Shown here: piece by piece, positions 50,199-63,950 of the stretch
How positions within the stretch are numbered: position 1 is the first letter of the stretch
Layout: every line of letters begins with the position of its first letter
Assembly: GCF_006345805.1 (NCBI RefSeq)
Contig: NC_042997.1
Span: 82,460,001-82,524,000, forward strand
Origin: Octopus sinensis
Lineage: Eukaryota
Direction: 5' to 3'
DNA length: 64,000 nt
Made by a program: the position numbers and the translations under genes
Notes under the pieces: generated by a model
What the model saw: only the letters and a program-made list of their open reading frames with translations
Database searches by the model: none
What the model was told of the DNA's origin: nothing

Positions 50199-53085
50199 TG
50201 GAAAGAGGACTGTGAAAAAGAAGAACTAAAATCTCTCCAATGCTGGGAGAAAAGCGCCACTTGGTTCTCAGACTATGAAGCCGTCTTTCAAACAGAGCAC
50301 ACCTCCAACAACCCTTTCCAGAAAATAAGAAAACCAAAACAACACCCAAACACCGATACACACCTATCTAAAAATCGGAACCTTCACTACTATCAAAAAA
50401 AGAATACAGGTCCTAACCCTAACTCTGTAAGCAGCCAACGATACAATATCAGGAATACCCCCACTTCAAGCAGAGAAAGGATAAATCAACACCCACAGCA
50501 TAGACACTGCAACCGTATCCCCACCCAAAAGAGTTACCAACGAAATCTTCGTCCCATCAACCGGTTAAACAACCATGCACAACAAACCCACACCACTTGC
50601 AATGATTACCAACGAAGGCCTCCTAGAACACCACACCCGAATATGGGATATCGGGATGCTCTCCTCAATACTGCTCCAAGAACACACACCATAAATCACA
50701 ACAGGAGACCCCACATTTACAAAGAACAACTATATAATAGCTACCGTCCCAACCACCGCATTCATTTTTTAGACCCAATACGCAAACACAGAGAAACAAG
50801 ATAGCACCAAACAAGCAGGAGGAACCAAAAGTAATAAAAATTATCAATCTAACTCACAAGGAGCTAACAGCAAACCAAATAAACATACTTTCCAAAGGAC
50901 TCAAGTTTACACCCACCCCACAACACCCCAACTACAATGAAATGAAAGAAGACATCGCAGAATTCTGCAGAAAATTAAGACTTACTGAGGAGCTACACGA
51001 TAAATACAACGAGGACGAATCGTTAGTCAGAAATAGGAGCAACTACACCCCCTCGATAGGTAAGAACAAAACACTTGATGATTTCTGTGACCACATATCA
51101 AATTACCCATATCAACATATGCACAAACAAAAACACAAACCAAACTTCAGCAAAAAAGAATGGGCTGAGTTGAACAAATTAAAACAAGATAAAACAATAA
51201 CAATCAAAGAGGCCGATAAAGGGAGTGCTGTTGTCTTAATGGATACAACATTTTACATAACTTTGGTACTTTCTATGCTGGAAGACACAACATACTATGA
51301 AAAGGCACAAAACTACAGTCAACAAAAAATAATGAGGGAACTAAAATCCATGTTAAACCCATACAAAGCAGGGCTCACCGACAAAGAATACGATTATATG
51401 ACCAATTTCACAAGTAAAACCAGCCAATTCTACGGTATACCTAAGATCCACAAAAGTGAGAAAATAAGCAACGCATGCAAGATAGCTACAGACAAAATAA
51501 TTAAAGTCCCTAATCCCAATGACCTCAAATTGAGACCCATAATAGCAGGTCCCGCATGCGAAACCCACTGCCTCAGTAACTTTTTAGACACCCTGTTAAA
51601 ACCACTCCTCAAACATGTCAAAAGCTATATAAGGGACGACTTAGATATGCTCAATCACCTACTGAATACTATAAACAAAAACACCATACTGGTATCCTTC
51701 TATGTAGTCAACCTCTACTCCAATATCCCCCACAACCTAGGACTAGAGGCAATCCAATTCTGGCTAGAGAATTACGCCAACGAACTACCACACCGCATCA
51801 AAAAAGAATTTGTGATAGAAGGGGTTAAATTCATCCTGGAAAATAACTTCTTCGCCTTCAATGACAACTTCTACCGACAAAAATCGGGGACTGCGATGGG
51901 TACACGAATGGCCCCCTCCTTTGCCAACCTAGTCATAGGATATCTAGAGATCAGTCTGTATCGTAAGGTTCTAGAAAGATATGGCAGCCCTTTCTCCATC
52001 TACAGAGAAAACAACTGGAAGAGATATCTAGATGACTGTTTCATCCTTTGGCATAAAAATATAGAAAAACTCATAGAATTCCAGGAAATTTTAAACGGAC
52101 TGGACGTAAACATCCAATTCACGATGGAATATAGCCAGCAACAACTCCCCTTCTCGATATCCTCATTAAGAAAGCTAATAATATAATAGAAACAGACATA
52201 TATTATAAGCCTACAGACTCTAAGCAATATCTTCCATTCAATTCATGCCACCCCAGACACACCAGGATGAATATCCCCTTCAATCTAGCAAAAAGGATAT
52301 GCACTATAGTCTCTAACGCAAACACCAGAGACACACGACTACAAGAACTAAAAGATACCCTTATCACCAGGAACTATCCACCTTCACTTATTGACAAGTG
52401 CATTCAACATGCCCTTCAACTTAACATCAAGGAACTGAGACATCCCAAATCAAAGAAAAACTTACAACCAAAAGCCTTACCATACATCTCCACACACAAC
52501 CCTCTCAATAACGAAGCCTTCGGCACCATCCTCCACAACATACCCCTCCTAAAAAAAGACCACAGAATGAACACAATCCTCCAAACACACACGATCATAA
52601 AAAGCAATAGACAGCCTAAATCCATGAAAAGTCTCCTAACACAAGCCCGAATTCACTCTTCAATACAGAAGCCGACAGTAAAAAAATGTGGAAGACCCAA
52701 TTGCGGGATATGCGACTATCTAATTGAGGGATCAGAGTTCTCATTCAAACAGGGACAACGGTTTACAGTGAAAAGCAACTTCACATGTGCTTCAGAGAAC
52801 CTAATATACTCACTAACCTGCTCCGGGTGTCAAGAGCAGTACATAGGCCAAACAAAAAATAGTTTGCGTAAACGAATGCCCTGCACAGATCCCAGATAAA
52901 AATTCCCCAAAACAGAAAAATAGCTTTTAGCCAACACATAGATACTTGCGCCAACAAAAAAACACCAAGCTTCAGGATTTTCCCCCTCTACCAATTTAGG
53001 GACGATACAACCTCGAGACAATGAATAAGTAAAGAAACTCTCTTTATTACAAAATACAGGCCACTTCTTAACAGGTCAACGACAA
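50199..53085 (+). pseudogene. PLE polyprotein: reverse transcriptase + GIY-YIG endonuclease (a few frameshifts/stops)
   Basis: LSKGLKFTPTP, IKEADKGSAVV, FYGIPKIHK, RPIIAG, LYSNIP, GTAMGTRMAPSFANL, RYLDDCF, NIPFNLA, CGRPNCGIC and NLIYSLTCSGCQEQYIGQT motifs. Confidence 0.93.
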
Positions 53086-53670
53086 ACAATTAATATACCT
53101 CAACTTTAGAATAAAAGAAATATACACACACAAATATTACATTCCAAAGAATCCATTACTAAATCCATAACATGCCAACTTCAAGTCATACAACACCTCA
53201 CTACTTTCACCCATTCATATTCTCCCTTCTCTGTTTTTTTCTTCTTCTTCCTCTTCTTCATCATCATTATCATCATCATCGTCATCATCACCATCATCAT
53301 CATCATCATCTTCTCCTTCTCCTTCTTCTTCTTCTACTTCTCCACCTTCTACCTCTTAACTTTGTCACTAATGCTTTTTAGTATAATACCTATGCAAATT
53401 CCATAAACAAGCCTTTCAATAGAAATATTCTCCTGAATTGAACTGCTAGCCGCCACTGACCATTCAAAATACGACCATCAGGGCACTCCCAGATTTTCCC
53501 ACCCTCTCTCCTCATCAGCCTTCTTCTACCCTATCAAGAATTCACAACGACCTCCAACACACAAGTGCAAACAAGGGAGTCAGAGAAAGGCAGAATGCCA
53601 CTTATATCTGAACACTACTATAGAAATATTCCTTTAAAAAAACTTTTCTTCTAATTTTTCAAAATTTAAT

Positions 53671-53718
53671 CGTTACAGTTGAAAAGGTCTCAAAATGACC
53701 GAAACCGGTACTGAAATG
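53671..53718 (+). ncRNA. Minimal hammerhead ribozyme, U3-A8 variant (PLE 3' end)
   Basis: CGTTACAG-TTGAAAA-GGTC-TCAAAAT-GACC-GAAAC-CG-GTA-CTGAAATG, with palindromic ACCGGT stem III. Confidence 0.8.
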
Positions 53719-53761
53719 TTCACTATAAAATTATTTTAGCATTTTCTATTTTGACTTGTTT

Positions 53762-53835
<74 letters not shown>

Positions 53836-53845
53836 CATACATACA

Positions 53846-53881
<36 letters not shown>

Positions 53882-54026
53882 TATATATAAATATATAAAT
53901 ATATATATATATATCTATAAATAAGGATAATATCGATATTTAAATATCGGTATTATCAAGTGGCCAGCATGGTAATAAATACCATACAAAGGTAATAATT
54001 TTTTACAACTAAAAATATATATATAT

Positions 54027-54071
<45 letters not shown>

Positions 54072-54141
54072 CTGTGTATGTGTGTGTGTATGTATGTATG
54101 TATGTATGTATATGTGCGTATATGCATGTATATATATATAT

Positions 54142-55822
54142 ATCATCATCATCGTTTAACGTCCATGGGTTGGAAGGTTCAACTGGGGTCTGGGAAGCCA
54201 GAAGGCTGTGCCAGGCCCAGTCTGATCTGGTAGTGTTTCTGCAGCTGGATGCCCTTCCTAACGTCAACCACCCCGTGAGTCTAGTGGGTGCTTTTTACGT
54301 GCCACCTGCACAGGTGCCAGACGAGGCTGGCAAACGGCCACAATTGGACTTTCCTTTTTACGTGCCACCGGCACGGGGCCAGACGAGGCTGGCAACAGCC
54401 ATAATCGGATGGTGCTTTTTACGTGCCACCGGCACGGAGGCCAGTCAGGGCGGCACTGGCAACGGCCACATTCGGATGGTTCTCTTACGTGCCACTGGCA
54501 CTGGTATCACAGCTACAATTTCCATTGATGTTGATCGATTTTGATTTTGATTTTCACTTGTCTCAACAGGTCTTCACAAGTAGGGTTTGCGTCACAAGAA
54601 GGAAAGGTATGCATAAGTGGACTGGCTACATCCCAGGTAGAGGCCACAGGTTATGGTCTCACTTGTCCTGCCGGGTCTTCTCACGCACAGCATACTTCCA
54701 GAGGTCTCGGTCTCTGGTCATTAACTTGGTGAGACCTAAAGTTCAAAGGTCGTGCTTCACCACCTCGTCCCAGGTTTTCCTGGGTCTACCTCTTCCACAG
54801 GTTCCCTCAACCGCTAGGGTGTGGCACTTTTTCACACAACTATCTTCATCCATTCTCGCTACATGACCATACCAGTGCAAACGTCTCTCTTGCACACCAC
54901 AACTGATGTTTCTTGGGTCCAACTTTTCTCTCAAGGTACTTACACTCTGTTGAGTATGAACACTGAAATTACACATCCATCGGAGCATACTGGTTTCATT
55001 TCTTGCAAGCTTACGCATATCCTCAGCAGTCACGGCCCATGTTTCACTGCATGTAGCATGGCTGTTCATACACATGCGTCATACAATCTGCCTTTTATTC
55101 TGAGCGAGAGGCCTTTTGTCACCAGCAGAGGTAAGAGCTCTCTGAACTTTGCCCAGGCTATTCTTATTCTAGCAGTTACACTTTCAGCACACCCGCCCCC
55201 GCTACTGACTTGGTCACCTAGGTAATGGAAGCTATCAATTACTTCTAGTTTTTCTCAGGGGCATCCTGTCTTGAATTCCTCCGTTATTGCCTGGAGGACT
55301 ATGATAAATAGGAGGGACTGAGTACTGAACCTTGGTGGACCCCTACCTCTACCCTGAATTCTTTAGTGTACTCATTGCCAACCCTCACCTTACTTACAGC
55401 GTCTCTGTACATGGCTTGCACAGCTTTCACTAACCATTCATTTATCCCTAGTTTCCTCATTGACCACCAGATAAGGGATTGGGGGACCCTGTCAAAGGCT
55501 TTCTCCATGACAACGAAAGCCAGATACAGGGGCTTATCTTTGGCAAGGTATTTCTCCTGCAGTTGTCTTACCAAAAAATTTAGCATCAGTGGTGCTTTTC
55601 CCTGGCACGAAACCAAACTGCATCTCATCCAAGCTGACTCTCTCCCTAGTCAGTTGGGCTATGACCTTTTCCATAACCTTCATTACCTGATCCAACAGCT
55701 TGATACCTCTGTAATTATTTGTATCTAAAGCGTCACCTTTACCTGTGTAGCAGTTGACTATTATGCTGCTACACCAGTCATTGGGTATGACTCCTTCCTG
55801 TATCACCTGGTTAACTATACGG
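54142..55822 (-). mobile_element. RTE LINE fragment with internal deletion
   Basis: NNYRGIKLL, QFGFVPGKSTTDA, MEKAFDRVP and GVHQGSVLSP motifs. The sequence jumps at ~55257 from GCP to EKLEV, losing YADD and the Cys/His finger. Confidence 0.92.
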
Positions 55823-55827
55823 GTGTG

Positions 55828-55865
<38 letters not shown>

Positions 55866-56052
55866 AAATATGGGAGTTTAGTTCACAGGTGATCTACATG
55901 TCTAGGTATGCTAGGTAAGTGCTGCAACGGATTGCTAGGGCTCCAAGGTTATAGCTGAGATGGTAGTTATGGAGCCATTGCAGATTTTCGATATAGTGGA
56001 TAACAAACCTTAAGGCAAAGTAAATTATGTATGTATGTATGTATGTATGTAT

Positions 56053-56142
<90 letters not shown>

Positions 56143-56145
<3 letters not shown>

Positions 56146-56400
56146 AGAGTTTACGAAAAAAATAAAAGACGAAGACAGGTGCTGTACAAAACAAACAGAT
56201 GTATTAGTATAACACTCAGGAATAGAAAAGGCCTTTTATGTTTTGAGCCTATGCTCTTCTACTGAAAGTGACACAGAAAAAACAAGGAGAGAAAAAAATG
56301 TGCGTAGTGGCCAATGATCTATCATGGCGACTGACTTTGGACAGAAGGGTCACACATGAGAGGTAAGAAGTAGGGGAGATAACAAGGTAAAGATGACTCC
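56143..56400 (-). repeat. Unclassified repeat in (TA)n with a decayed HHR-like shape
   Basis: Minus strand reads CTTT-CAGTAGAA-GAGC-ATAG-GCTC-AAAAC-ATA-AAAG. Confidence 0.35.
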
Positions 56401-57109
56401 CAACACGAAGGTGTGTGTGTGTGTGTATAAGAGAGTATGTATGTGCATGTGAAAGAGGGCTGGTTGTCTGGATGTGTGCGTGTATGTATGTGTAGGTGTG
56501 AAAATGTGGGGATGGGTGTGTGGGTGGTGTGTTGTGATGTGATGTGTAATGTTGTATGGTGTAGTGTGGTGTGATGTTGTTGGGAGGTGGAGAGGCGAGA
56601 GTGGATATATATATATATGCATGTATGTATACACACACACACCATTTGATAAGCTAGCCACTCTAGTATTTGTCTTGAGATAACATCTATTATGGGTATA
56701 CTGTGTTAAAAACAGAACAGGAAGTGAGAATACCAGATGTATTTCAATCATTTTACACCTTTACTCCTCTAGCTACATGTCTAGATGAGAATGCATTGCT
56801 GTCAATAGAGGAAACAAAGAATAAAACACTCACTGATGTCGCAAATAGCTATCACACTAACTAAATATCTGGTATACACAACTGAGGCAGTATTAAATTA
56901 AAATAGCTATCTATGCATCATAATGTATATACACTATTGATAGGCCAGTTACAGCAGTATTTGTCCTGATATAACATCATTACAGCTGTTCTGTGTTAAG
57001 AACACAATACTAAAGGGAGATGAAAAATCACCCCAGCAGCAGTTCTGCCTCTTTGGACCTTTTCAATTATGTATACTTACAGCCAGCAAGTGGTTGATAT
57101 TATAAAAGG

Positions 57110-57575
57110 GTGTCTGAAATTGTTGACTCTCACTTTATTAGCTGCATCATCCTATATAACTTGTACAGCCTTCATGAGCCCTTTCTCTACACCTAGTTTC
57201 CTCAGTGGTCATCAAATTACTAAGTGTGCCAAGAATAGCAGTTTATTTTTAGCAAAGTATTTCTCCTGAAATTGCATCACTAGGAAGATCACAGTTACGT
57301 TGCTTCTTCCAAGCACAGAGCCATATATGCTGACAATGGTTACATGATGCCAGGCCAAAGCAACAGTAGCACACATGGACACACATACATATATACTATC
57401 CAGTCCACACTGCAAAGTTGTTGGTATTAGCGATGGGCATCTAGCCATAGAAACAAAGTCAAGGCTGACACATGATGCAGCCCTGCAGCTCAACAGATCC
57501 TTTGAAAATGTCAAACCCATGCTAGCATAGAAAAGAGATGTTTGAAAATGATGATGATGATGATGATGATGATGA
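57110..57575. mobile_element. Old RTE remnants (RT fragment on -, 3' tail on +)
   Basis: MQFQEKYFAKNK on the minus strand. ACCCATGCTAGCATAGAAAAG..(GAT)n on the plus strand. Confidence 0.6.
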
Positions 57576-57792
57576 CAGGATTCTTTCAGTTTGTGTACAT
57601 CAAATCTACTCGCAAGGCTTTAGTCAGCTTCGGGTTATAGTAGAAGACATTTGCCCAGGGTGTCATATAGTGGGGCTGAACCCAGAGTCATGTGGTTGGA
57701 AAGCAAACTTCTTGTCATACAACCATACCTACACAAATGTGTGTGTGTGTATGTACTTTTATGAATGCTTAAGTGTGTGTGTGTGTGTATAT

Positions 57793-57844
<52 letters not shown>

Positions 57845-58029
57845 AGTTGAAAATGCACAGGAATTTGTTTAGATTTTCTATTTAAAAATTTTTAAAGACT
57901 TGACTGGTTTCACAGATTTCTTTGATTCTCAATAGTTAAGACAGAAGGATATGGAGCTATGCCACAACTGGTCTGTAAGTGTATATATGTTCACGTGTAC
58001 TCAAATATGCATGTGCATTTGTGTGTGTG

Positions 58030-58061
<32 letters not shown>

Positions 58062-58085
58062 ACTTTATATATACATATATATATA

Positions 58086-58342
58086 TGGTGGTTCTATTGA
58101 GGAGAGTAATGAGTTTCTCACTGCAAAGCCAACACCATGCTGACGAGGTTCTTCAGGATCGCTTCCCTGCCAAAAGAAGGTGAAATCCTGTTCTTTGAGT
58201 TTGCCGTTTGAGGGAAGTCTTGTCTCCTGTAGCCCAGCAATGTCTATGTTAAGCCTCTTTGGTTCACTGTCAATGATGGCCGTTTTTCTTGTGTCTTCAA
58301 CCCTGAGTAGATCATCAGATATTCCAGGGCACATGGTCCTTA
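58086..58342 (-). mobile_element. RTE/BovB-type LINE apurinic endonuclease N-terminal fragment
   Basis: RKTAIIDSE..RLNIDIAGLQETRL...FTFFWQG...RQHGVGFAVRN. Confidence 0.85.
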
Positions 58343-58442
58343 CACAGCCACAGCAGGAAATGTATTAGGACATGAAATGTAAAAGCCGGACTAGATTATT
58401 TTATGCGCAACTCCATTGTCTCCTGAGACAAAAAGGATGCCA

Positions 58443-58549
<107 letters not shown>

Positions 58550-58567
58550 TTATTTTATAGAAGGAGC

Positions 58568-58612
58568 TTCTACAGGACTAGTACTGTTTCATTCAAATGA
58601 AATCATCAGGAA
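58568..58612 (-). ncRNA. Type I hammerhead ribozyme motif in a ~130-bp insert between (TA)n runs
   Basis: Minus strand reads TTC-CTGATGA-TTTC-ATTT-GAAT-GAAACAG-TACTAGTC-CTGTA-GAA. Confidence 0.6.
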
Positions 58613-58677
58613 TTTAATTTATTCTGCAATGTATTGAGTACCTTATTTACTGTGGTTAACCCCGACTCAACCCGGGA

Positions 58678-58727
<50 letters not shown>

Positions 58728-60114
58728 TATATATATATAAGCATGCATATATTCATATAGAATTAATGCATACTTATGTATATCTGTTAACATTTACTAG
58801 GCTGATTCCCCAGAATGCCCATAATATTTTTGATACTAAAATATGGATACTTGTTAACTCATTCACCACTTCCATCCTACTATTCTATTGATTAATGTTT
58901 CGCATCTGTTATACACATTTGTATTTGTGTGTGTGTGTGGTAGTATGTTCATCTTGATGGTATTTACATAGATGTTCCCATACACACATCCATATATTCA
59001 TACAATAATATATGTATATATGAATCTTTTTCCCTAATCTGAATGTTTGCTTCTGTTAGTATACACGTACATGTATATCTTTGTGTTAGTATGTTTTAAG
59101 CATGTGTGTGTGTGTATCAGTGACTTCTATGGTTAGTCATGCAATAAATACTTGGTACACATGGTGGAGATGTACCCACCACCTTTGAAAAATTTTTTTT
59201 CAGAAACCCACGTTTTCGGCTATGGAGATTCTGATTATGAAAAAAAAAAAATTGGTAAAGATCACAACTTCAAAATTGAGGTATACTGTGACAAAATTGT
59301 AAAAAAGAGTTTGTTGGAGATTTCATTTATTTCTGCACTCATATTTTTTGTAACTTTCAAGTTTCATTTTGTAGAAAAACACTTTCAGTTGTAAAAAAAA
59401 AAAAAAAACAATGAACATTTACATTTCAGTTTGTCACAGCATACCTCATTTTACGGCAATCATGAAGTGTAAATCTATTCCAACAAAACGGAAAGACAAT
59501 TTTAGTAAATCAACGAAAGATTAATTAGTTATATTATATTTCGGATTTCAGAATTTTTTTGTTCAATACAGAGAGGATGATTAATGATAATTCTTTCAAA
59601 ACTTACGACAGAGCAAAAGAGATATTCCAAAGTCAAGGCAACATTTGAGCTGACTAATTAAGAATTATGGGATTGTTGATATGTTTTGGTCAGAATTTTT
59701 ACAGCTCAAAAAGTCAAACCCATTCCACCATTTAGCTTGTTGCATTAGCGACATCAATTTCAAAGAATTGTTGACAAAGAACAACTTATAGAAAGGGAAG
59801 GGAGGCCAAAACAGGCATTTTTCTGAAAGCATGCCTTCTGTAGTTATTTAATTGAGATAAAAAAGAATCTTACAGGCACTGAAAGATAGGAAGGGTGGGG
59901 GAACAAAAGATTTCATAAGCATTTTTCTAAAAGTATGCCTAGTGGAAGCAAAACAGAAACACAGCAAAGTATCAATCTGGACAGGTTTCCAATGATTTGG
60001 GCAACCTTTCAATGTGGTTATAAATACATTACATTCTTAAACTGATTTTTGAGTTATATAAACATCAATGGACATGCAGTGCATGACTAGCAAGTCTCAA
60101 CTGCATGCCACTGA

Positions 60115-60439
60115 TAGAGGCAATGATAGGAGACTGAGATCTTTGGAGGTATGCTGTGATTGAGAAGACCCAGCTCCTGTGCTGGTGGCATGTAAAAAGC
60201 ACCATCCAAATGTGGCCAATGCCAGTACCCACTGGCTGGCTCCCGTGCTGGTGGCATGTAAAAAGCACCCACTATACTCTCAGAGTGAGTGGTGTTATGA
60301 AGAGCATCCAGCTGTAGAAACATTGCCAGATCAGATTGGAACCTGGTGCAGCTGCTGGCTCTCCAGACCTCAGTTAAACCGTCCAATCCATGCCAGCATG
60401 GAAAACGGACGTTAAAAGATGATGATGATGATGATGATG
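60115..60439 (+). mobile_element. RTE LINE 3' fragment
   Basis: ORF end, UTR core and (GAT)n tail. Confidence 0.85.
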
Positions 60440-60514
60440 TTTGTGTGTGTGTGTGTAAAGATATAGTTATATTTAAAATATCTGGTGGTGTAGGCTATAG
60501 TCTAGTCACCCATA

Positions 60515-62478
60515 CATGTTAACCAGGTGATACACAAAGGAGTTATACCCAATGACTGGTGTAGCAGTGCCATAGTCAACTGCTACAAAGTTAAAAGTAA
60601 TGCCTTAGATAGAAAATAATTACAGAGGCATCAAATTGTTAGATCAGGTAATGAAAGTCATGAAGAGAGTCATAGCCCAACTGATTAGGGAGAGAGTTAG
60701 TTTAGATGAGATGCAGTTTGGGTTGGAGCCAGGGAAAAGCACCACTGATGCTATATTTCTTCAGCTGCAGAAGAAATACCTAGCTAAAGATAAACCTCTG
60801 TGCTTGGCTATTGTTGACAAGGAAAAAGCCTTTGACAGGAACCCCCAATCCCTTATCTGGTGGTCAATGTGGAAACCAGGGATAGATGAGTGGTTGGTAA
60901 GAGCTGTACAAGACAAGTACAGGGATGCTCTCAGTAAGGTGAGGTTTGGTAACAAGTATAGCGAAGAATTTAGGGTACAAGTAGGGGTTCACCAAGGATC
61001 AGTCCTCAGCCCCCTTTTATTCATCTTAGTCTTCCAAGCAATAACAAAGAAATTCAAGATAGGCTGCCCCTGAGAGATCATCAATGCTGATGACCTTGCT
61101 CTAATAGCTGAGTCACTACCAGAATTAGAGAAGAAGTTTCAGGTGTGGAAGCAAGGTCTAGAATCAAAGGGCCTTAGAGTCAATCTAGTAAAAACCAAAG
61201 TCTTAATAAGTAGGAAGGCAGACAAATCACAAATCCCATTAGGTAGATGGCCCTGCTCAATCTGTAGAAAAATCAGAGGTAGAAACTCCATAAGATATAC
61301 CTGGTGTAAGTTATGGACACATAAGAGATGCAGCAATATCAAAGAAAGGTTAACTGGGAAGATAGTTTTTGTGTGTGGCAAATACACAGGGGCAATAAAT
61401 ACTGAAAATATGCTGAAAACAGCTTCTGTCACATGCCGGGGGAGGGGAGGAGAGGTAGTTGATAGCTTCAATTACCTAGGTGACCAAGTCAGTAACAGGG
61501 GTGGATGCTCTGAGAGCTGCTAGAATAAGAATAGGCTGGGCAAAGTTCAGAGAGCTCCTACTGTACCTGTGTGCAAACAGCCATGATACACAGCAGTTAA
61601 ACATGGGCTGTGACTGCTGAAGACATGCGTAGGCTTATAAGAAATGAAGCTAGTATGTTCCGCTAGATGTGTAATGTCAGCATGCATGAATGACAGCATA
61701 AGCAACTTCAGAGAAAAGTTGAACATAAAAAGCATCAGATATGGTATGCAAGAGAGATAACTGCATTGGTATGGTCATGTGAAGCATATGGGTGAGGACA
61801 GCTATGTGAAGAAATGTCGCACTCTGATAACAGAGGGAACCTGTGGAATAGGTAGATCCAAGAAGATATTAGGACAAGGTGGTGAAGCACGATCTTTGAA
61901 TGTTGGGCCTCACAGAGGCAATGACTAGTACCTGAGACCTTTAGAGATATGCTGTGTTTGAGAAGACCCATCAAGTCAAGTGAGATCATAGTAGTGGCTG
62001 ATGGCAGTGTCATGTAATTGGCCTGTTAAAAGCATACTTTAATCATTGGGTGATATGCTGTGCTTGTGAAAGCCTGTTGAACTAGTGAAATCATAGTCGT
62101 GGCTGATGCCAGTGCCATCTGACTGGCACTGATGCCGGTGACATGTAAAAAGCACCGTTCGAGCATTGGGCTTCAATGGAGGCAGTGACAGGTGACCAAG
62201 ACCTTTAGTGATATGCCATGCAGTTGTGTAGACCTGTCAAGCCATGTGAGACCATAGTTGTGGCTAATGCTGGTGTCAGGCCATTGGCACCTGTGCTGGT
62301 GGCACATAAAAAACGCCCACTATACTCTTGGAGTGGTTGGCATTAGGATGGGCATCTAGCTGTAGAAACCTTGCTAAATCAAATCAGAACCTGGTGCAGC
62401 CCCCACCCCCAACTTACCAGTTTTCAGTCAAACCATCCAACCCATGCCAGCATGGAAAGCGGATGTTTGATGATGATG
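60515..62478 (+). mobile_element. RTE LINE, ~2-kb degenerate RT region plus 3'UTR
   Basis: NNYRGIKLLDQ, KAFDR, GVHQGSVLSPLLF, NADDLAL, Cys/His finger and tail. Confidence 0.92.
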
Positions 62479-62499
62479 GTGTATATATATATATATATA

Positions 62500-62550
<51 letters not shown>

Positions 62551-62557
62551 GTATGTA

Positions 62558-62820
62558 TCATCATCATCATTTAGCATCCGCTTTCCATGCTAGCATGGGT
62601 TGGACGGTTCAACTGGGGTCTGTGAAGCCAGAAGGCTGCATCAGGCCCAGTCTGATCTGGCAGTGTTTCTACGGCTGGATGCCCTTCCTAACACCAATCA
62701 CTCCGTGAGTGTAGTGGGTGCATTTTACATGCCACCCGCACAGATGCCAGACGGAGCTGGCAAACGGCCACGGATGGATGGTGCTTTTTCCTCCCACCGG
62801 CATGGGGGCCAGGCGAGGCT
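62558..62820 (-). mobile_element. RTE LINE 3'UTR fragment
   Basis: (CAT)n tail and UTR core. Confidence 0.85.
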
Positions 62821-62821
62821 G

Positions 62822-62917
<96 letters not shown>

Positions 62918-62928
62918 ATATATATATA

Positions 62929-63950
62929 TGAATTCAAAACGGGATGCCCCTGGGAGCTCCTCTATGCCGATGACCTAGCTCTCATAGCAGAATCACTACC
63001 GGAACTAGAAGAGAAATTTCGGGTGTGGAAGCAAGGGTTGGAATCAAAGGGCCTTAGAATAAATGTAGCAAAGACCAAAGTATTAGTAAGCAACAAGAGG
63101 TATTCAGCACACATCCCCTCGGGTAGGTGGCCCTGCTCAACCTGTAGGAAAGGTACAGGTAGAAACTCCATAAGATGCACCCAATGTAAGTTATGGACAC
63201 ATAAGAGGTGCAGCAACATTAACGGGAAATTAACAGATAAGATAGCTTTCATGTGCGGCAGATGCACAGGGACAATAGACACAACAGACACTCAGAAAAC
63301 AGATTCCATCACACTCCAGGGAGAGAAACTAGAAGTAGTTGATAGTTTCCGCTACCTGGGTGACCAAGTTAGTAGCGGAGGTGGATGCACAGAGAGTATC
63401 ACCACTAGAATACGAATAGCCTGGGCAAAGTTCAGAAAGCTCCTACCCCTACTGGCAACAAAAGGTCTCTCCCTCAGAGCAAAAGGTAGATTGTATGATG
63501 CATGTGTGCGAACTGCCATGCTTCACGGTAATGAAACATGGGCTGTGACTGCAGAAGACATGCGTAGACTTGAAAGAAATGAAGCTAGCATGATCCGCTG
63601 GATGTGTAGTGTCAGTGTGCACGCAAAACAGAGTGTAAGTATCCTGAGAGAAATGCTGGATATAAGAAGCATCAGATGTGGTGTGCAAGAGCGACGCTTG
63701 CGATGGTATGGTCATGTGCTGCGGATGGATGAAGAGAGATGTGTGAAGAAGTGCCACTCCCAAACAGTTGAAGGTATCAGGGGGAGAGGTAGACCCAGGA
63801 AGACATGGGATGAGGTGGTCAAGCATGACCTCAGAACATTGGGCCTCACTGAGGCAATGGCGAAGGACCGAGATCTCTGGAGATATGCTGTGACTACAAA
63901 GACCCGGGCTGCTTTCTGCAGCAATTCCACATACCCCCTACCCATTCTAA
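62929..63950 (+). mobile_element. RTE LINE RT C-half, open reading frame, distinct subfamily
   Basis: EFKTGCPWELLYADDLALIAES...WPCSTCRK...CTQCKLWTHKRC...CGRC...LRWYGHV...GRPRKTWDEVVKHDL...DRDLWRY. Confidence 0.92.

Larger units (their letters stand above)
48725..53766 (+). mobile_element. Young Penelope-like retroelement with 1.47-kb inverted 3' duplication
   Basis: 48725-50197 is the near-identical reverse complement of 52329-53766. The plus-strand ORF is 5'-truncated at 50198. (TA)n lies on both sides. Confidence 0.95.

Noticed and set aside
53240-53345. Poly-His/poly-Leu ORF
   Set aside because: (CAT)n/(CTT)n microsatellite within the PLE 3'UTR.
57897-57938. Minus-strand TTGAGAA...GAAACCAGTC, a possible U3-A8 HHR
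   Set aside because: Stems I and II are too weak to support a call.
59118-59990. Possible DNA transposon remnant
   Set aside because: No matching termini or recognisable transposase motif could be identified.
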